Below, piece by piece: positions 61,040-64,000 of a DNA stretch of 64,000 nucleotides. The position numbers were made by a program, and so were the translations under genes. The notes below the pieces were generated by a model. That model was not told where the DNA came from and did not search any database. It saw nothing but the letters and a program-made list of their open reading frames with translations. The DNA comes from the human T2T-CHM13v2.0 reference genome, Homo sapiens. The DNA is taken from NCBI RefSeq assembly GCF_009914755.1, contig NC_060930.1. The stretch is one strand, 5' to 3'. Position 1 is the stretch's first letter; every line of letters begins with the position of its first letter.

Positions 61040-62020
61040 TTATTATATATAAATATAATATATTTATAATAATTATATAATATATTATATTATATATCAT
61101 ATATGATATATCATATATTATATTATATATAATACATCATATATTATTATATATAATACATCATATATTATTATATATAATACATCATATATTATTATAT
61201 ATATCATATATTATATTATATATATCATATATTATATTATATATAATATATCATATATTATATTATATATAATATATCATATATTATATTATATATAATA
61301 TATCATATATATTATATATAATATATCATATATTATATTATATATAATATATCATATATTATATTATATATAATATATCATATATTATATTATATATAAT
61401 ATATCATATATTATATTATATATAATATATCATATTATATTATATATCAATATAATATATAATATATTATATGATTATATTATAAATATATTATATGATA
61501 TATAATAATATATCATCTATTATATAATAATAATGTATCTATTATATAATAATAATGTATCATCTATTATATGATATATAAATATAATGTATATAAAATA
61601 TAAATAAAATATAATATATATAAAATATATATGATATATTATATATAAATATATGATATATTATATTATAAATATGATATATATTATATTATATACTATA
61701 TATGATATATTATACATAAATATATGATATATAATATATGATATATTTATACGGTATAGTATATATCATATATACTATATATATGATATACTATATATAG
61801 TATATATCATATATAGTATATATGATATATACATACTATATATGATATATACTATATATAGTATATATATTATATACATACTATATATGATATATACTAT
61901 ATATCGTATATATACTATTATATATTATATATCATATCATATATGATATATAATATATGATGTATTATAAATCATATATCATATATCATACATTGTATAT
62001 CATCCATTAAATGTGATATA
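61040..62020. repeat. AT-rich minisatellite/low-complexity array, core unit about AATATATCATATATTATATTATATAT (26 bp)
   Basis: Direct reading; several sub-arrays with different units. Confidence 0.9.
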
Positions 62021-62277
62021 TATAACCAACCTGACTTTTATTACTTCCTTGCATTTTTAAGAATTATTTTATCACCAATTATTTTATTCCTAAACACCAT
62101 TGTTTACCTATGTCTGAACGTTATATAAATAGAATCACATCTCTAGTATTTTTTTCTATGTTTTTCCTTAATAATATTCTATAAATTTCATTCTTGTTTT
62201 TGTAGATAGTTCATCCCTTTCTGTTTTTATATAGTATGTCATAACATAAACATACTGTAACATATTTATCCTTTGAA

Positions 62278-63150
<873 letters not shown>

Positions 63151-63269
63151 ACACATTTTAGGTTAATGAAGATTTGTGTTTTTGTTTACTTCTAGGGCGC
63201 TTCTTGTACATTTCTTCTGATGCATATGTGCTTACATTGCTGAGTCATAAATTATGGATATGTCATGGG

Positions 63270-63960
63270 TCTGGCTTTGTTCAATATGATGTTGGTGAGA
63301 TAGATCCATGTACTCATAGCTCATTTTCACTGTGCTGTACTGTTCCATGGTTTGGACCCCTACAATTTATTTATCCGTCCTACTGTCAATTGACCTTTTT
63401 TTCAAGTTTTGCCTATTATAAACTACATTTTTGGAGATTTTTCCACATATCTCAGTGCACATTTGCACTGGATATACATACAGAAATGAAATGTTGAGTC
63501 CTATGATATGCATAATTTATTAGATAATTTTATTAGATACCCCCCAAATTTTCAGATAGTATCGTGCACCTGCAGCATACATTAAGTTCCTGTTGCTTCA
63601 ACTTCTTTCCAAAATTTAATATGGTCAGGCTTTTAAATTTCACTATTTTCCTGGGTGTTAATGGGTCAAAATTGCTTATTTATTCTGTAAATACCTGATT
63701 AGTAATGCTGTTAAGTCCTTTTTATATTATTATTACTATTCAATATTTCATTTTGTGAAATGCCTCTTCAAATCACTTGATTTTTGTTTTTCTGTTCCTT
63801 TCTTACTGCTGTGTAGTAGTTCTTTCTATATTTTGACAAGCTCTTTGTTGATTCCATGTGTTATAAACACAATTCCCCTACACTGTAACTTGCCATTTGA
63901 ACCTCTGAATCTCTTAATAACTTGAGGAACAAAAGATTTTTGTTTTAATGAATCCAAATT
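63270..63960 (-). mobile_element. Old L1ME fragment
   Basis: tttgtgaaatgcctcttcaaatc, tagtagttctttctatattttg antisense L1 motifs. Confidence 0.55.
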
Positions 63961-64000
63961 TATTTATATGTGTGTATCTGTGTCATATATTATATATGTA

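Overview
Primate, almost certainly human, genomic DNA: it carries a human-specific AluYb8/Yb9-type insertion. The gene content matches my recollection of chr6p22.1-22.2, the extended-MHC tRNA/histone region. There is no intact protein-coding gene. The window holds two head-to-head vomeronasal type-1 receptor (V1R) pseudogenes: minus strand 21080-21977 (probably VN1R13P) and plus strand 43957-44866 (probably VN1R11P, only two lesions). It also holds two intact tRNA genes (Pro-CGG 52421-52492, Ser-GCT 57982-58063), a dense set of solo ERV LTRs (LTR12C, LTR6, LTR1, LTR2B, LTR18B, MLT2B, MER61, LTR43), about 25 Alus, L1/MaLR/DNA-transposon fragments and a ~1 kb AT-rich minisatellite. The most notable unexplained structure is a ~1.1 kb unique-sequence block present twice, 30.17 kb apart (1-1067 and 30174-31280). 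Its two hyper-conserved sub-blocks carry TATA, TALE/MEIS (TGACA) and homeodomain (TAATGA/TAATTA) motifs, an O/E-like site is also kept between them, and in copy 2 they are followed by a short first exon with a perfect splice donor pointing at the V1R pseudogene. This looks like a fossil V1R promoter module. Plus-strand exon-like segments at 14.1-19.7 kb, one with a perfect Kozak ATG, suggest a spliced lncRNA or relic gene. Repeat subfamily names and gene symbols are from recalled consensus sequences, not database searches.
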